Shown here piece by piece: positions 61,719-64,000 of a stretch of DNA of 64,000 nt; position 1 is the first letter of the stretch, and each line of letters opens with the position of its first letter. The translations under genes were made by a program, and so were the position numbers. The DNA comes from an uncultured Bacilli bacterium (GTDB taxonomy: Bacteria; Bacillota_I; Bacilli_A; RF39; UBA660). Where the stretch lies: NCBI GenBank assembly GCA_947624565.1, contig CANQKX010000003.1:11340-75339 (forward strand), given 5' to 3'. The notes below the pieces were generated by a model. The model worked only from the letters and a program-made list of their open reading frames with translations. It was not told the DNA's origin and ran no database searches.

Positions 61719-62321
61719 ATGGAAAAAGAAAATGAAACAGTTAGTGAAATGTTAGAAAGAAAAGAAAGAAGAATGAAGGAGTTAGTTGATTTTCGTATAG
61801 CGCAGGCAAATGAAGATATAGATGAAGTATTTGCGGATACACAAAATAACCCAGATATTGAGAAAGATATAGAAAAATTAAAAAATCAAAGGAAGGCATT
61901 AGTTGAACAAAAAAATAAAACAAAAAAAAGAAAGTTTGTTAAAAGAGTATTTAAAGTAGTAATAATCGGTTCAGCAACATTAGCTCTTGCAAGTTCATTA
62001 ATTCATATTAATGAAACAAAAAGAAAAATTGATATTTTACAAAATGAAACTTATATTCACGGTGGTCTTAAAGATGAAAATTCAGACAAATATATCTACA
62101 ATCTTAATGACCATATAGAAGAAGGTAAGTGTGCTTTAGGTACTGAGGGAAGTATAGAAGAAAGAATTACAAAATATTGTATTGAAAATGATTTACCAGA
62201 AGCTGTAAAAGATGCAGCACTAGAAAAATATAGATTATGTTATGATAAAGAATATGATGAAGCAGAAGATATAGATTTAATGGAAATATATGAGTCTGTA
62301 AATAAAACTATGGGTAAATAA
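61719..62321 (+). CDS. Hypothetical single-TM protein
   Basis: ORF with a central hydrophobic segment. Confidence 0.55.
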   Translation: MEKENETVSEMLERKERRMKELVDFRIAQANEDIDEVFADTQNNPDIEKDIEKLKNQRKALVEQKNKTKKRKFVKRVFKVVIIGSATLALASSLIHINETKRKIDILQNETYIHGGLKDENSDKYIYNLNDHIEEGKCALGTEGSIEERITKYCIENDLPEAVKDAALEKYRLCYDKEYDEAEDIDLMEIYESVNKTMGK

Positions 62322-62377
62322 ATTGTAATAAAATAGAAGAGTAATTCTTCTTTTTTTTTATCATATAATTAAAATAG

Positions 62378-63226
62378 GTGAAGATTATGTTAAAAAAATT
62401 AATTAAAGTAACTAGTATACTTTTACTTGTTGGATTTAGTTTTTTTTATACTGAAAAAGTTACGAAAATAGCAAGATCAAAAGATCCTATAATGGTAAAA
62501 ATAAATGATATTAAAAAGTCAAATGTTGTTTCACAAGTTGAACCTATTATATATAATGATGAATATGTACCTGGGATTAATGGATGTGAAATTAATGTAG
62601 ATGAGAGTTATAATAAAATGAAGAGTGTAGGTGAATTTAAAGAAGAATTACTTGTTATGAAAGAAATAGAAAATAATCATAATACTAGTAATAAATATAT
62701 AATAAGTGGTAATAAAGTTTTAAAAAATGTAAGTATAATATTTTTAATAGATAAAGAAATAAAAGATGAACTAATTAATTTTCTATCTTCTAAAAATTTA
62801 AGTGCTAATTTTTTTATAGATGGTAATTATTTAGAGAAAGATTTAATAACAATTAAATTTATATCAGAAAATAATAATATATATTACTTAGGAAATAATC
62901 GAAAATATGAAGAAGATTATATGCTTTATAATAATAATTTAATAAGTATGAATGGTAATAATGAATCAGAATATTGTATTGTAAATACTAAAGACGATAA
63001 TACATTAAAATTATGCTCAGATTATAAGATGAAAACGATAAAATCAGATTATATAAAAGATAATATATATACAACTGTTAAAACTAATTTAAGTAATGGG
63101 TCAATATTTACATTTGATACAGATAAGATAGATGAAATAAAAGTTTCAATAAATTATATGTTATCTAAAGGTTATAACATAGTTACTCTTGACAAACTAT
63201 TAGATGAGAGTAATAAATGTGAATAA
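62378..63226 (+). CDS. Polysaccharide deacetylase-like (YlxY-type) protein, degenerate active site
   Basis: TM, VPGING.EINVDESY, GNKVLKNVSIIF, ANFFIDG, GYNIVTLDKLL; metal-binding His residues not evident. Confidence 0.6.
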   Translation: MKIMLKKLIKVTSILLLVGFSFFYTEKVTKIARSKDPIMVKINDIKKSNVVSQVEPIIYNDEYVPGINGCEINVDESYNKMKSVGEFKEELLVMKEIENNHNTSNKYIISGNKVLKNVSIIFLIDKEIKDELINFLSSKNLSANFFIDGNYLEKDLITIKFISENNNIYYLGNNRKYEEDYMLYNNNLISMNGNNESEYCIVNTKDDNTLKLCSDYKMKTIKSDYIKDNIYTTVKTNLSNGSIFTFDTDKIDEIKVSINYMLSKGYNIVTLDKLLDESNKCE

Positions 63227-63338
63227 AGATATTTAAATAATATCTTTTTTTTGTTGTAAAGATATATAAATATTTTGCTTTTTGTTACATGTTTTGGTAT
63301 AATTAATATGATAGTTCGGGTGTAAAGAGGTGGCACGA

Positions 63339-64000
63339 ATGGCTAAAAAGAAACAAAAAAAAGAAACTAATAATTCTGGATTTAAATATCCAATAGAAAT
63401 AAAAGGAATAATATTTATAGTTATTGCAATAATAGGATTCTTAGGATTTAAGGCGAATGTTTTAGGTACTATAATAAAAGGTTTTGCAATGTTTTTAATG
63501 GGATCTTTTGATTTTGTATTACTTGCAATTTTATTAATCGCAGGTTGTTATATGCTTGTTAAAAGAGAAAAGCCAAAGTATTTTTCTACTAGGTTTATAG
63601 GTTTATATATATTTTTAATTGGTTTATTATCACTTGCTCATTTAAATTATATTGAAGAAGATTCTTCATTTATTTCTACAATGAAAGATACTATAGATGA
63701 AGTAATGAAATGTATTAATACACAAGTTTCTTTTTCTGGTGGTGGAGTATTAGGTGCTTTCTTTATATCAATATTCTACTTTTTACTTGGAAAACTTGGA
63801 AGTATAATTATAATTAGTGTATTAATGTTATTAGGTGTATTATTAATTTCTAATTTATCAATTAGTGATGGAATATCTTGGATAAGAGAAAAATTTAATA
63901 GAGAAAAAGATGATGACGAAGAAGAAATTGATGATGAGTATGATGATGAAGATGTAAATGATAAAAAGATAAAAATATCTTCTATTAAAGAACTTACACA
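63339..64000 (+). CDS. ftsK: DNA translocase FtsK/SpoIIIE, N-terminal membrane domain (runs off right edge)
   Basis: ATG after GAGGTG; MAKKKQKK, several TMs, GGGVLG motif; frame open to the window end. Confidence 0.7.
   Translation, partial: MAKKKQKKETNNSGFKYPIEIKGIIFIVIAIIGFLGFKANVLGTIIKGFAMFLMGSFDFVLLAILLIAGCYMLVKREKPKYFSTRFIGLYIFLIGLLSLAHLNYIEEDSSFISTMKDTIDEVMKCINTQVSFSGGGVLGAFFISIFYFLLGKLGSIIIISVLMLLGVLLISNLSISDGISWIREKFNREKDDDEEEIDDEYDDEDVNDKKIKISSIKELT

Noticed and set aside
3126-61923. Numerous 60-140 aa ORFs antisense to or nested in long genes (for example 3126-3488, 11892-12242, 45996-46403, 46545-46961, 57262-57582)
   Set aside because: Shadow frames of AT-rich coding DNA with Phe/Ile/Leu/Ser bias and no recognisable motifs.

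Overview
Very AT-rich chromosomal region of a low-GC Bacillota bacterium. Gene content and style suggest an uncultured RF39-like Bacilli lineage (inference). Standard genetic code. The backbone has housekeeping genes (pgk, tpiA, gap, tyrS with T-box, rpsD, pdp, lysS, cysS, dusB, queH, clpC, clpP, dinB, tex, ezrA, partial ftsK), sporulation genes (spo0A with tandem 0A boxes, dacF, cotJB/cotJC) and surface proteins, including a thioester-domain adhesin with a sortase. The main feature is a 16,631-bp integrated element (crossover GA at 19971-19972 and 36602-36603) that splits the sporulation D,D-carboxypeptidase gene dacF immediately after its SxN motif. Precise excision would restore an in-frame 383-aa DacF, as with skin-like elements. 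The element ends in a large serine recombinase whose reading frame crosses the att site, so its C-terminus differs between the integrated and circular states. The cargo is a tightly coupled operon resembling the core of cytosine peptidyl-nucleoside pathways (blasticidin S/mildiomycin type): a BlsE-like radical SAM enzyme, a CGA-synthase-like glycosyltransferase, a BlsM/MilB-like nucleotide hydrolase, DegT aminotransferases, a stand-alone LysRS-like protein and GNAT/Fem-like proteins, plus APH, ABC-F and ASCH proteins as candidate self-resistance factors. A second, decayed 1.5-kb insertion bounded by a 30-bp direct repeat and carrying a holin pseudogene lies between pdp and a VanY-like gene. 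All family assignments come from motif recognition by eye; no database search was run.
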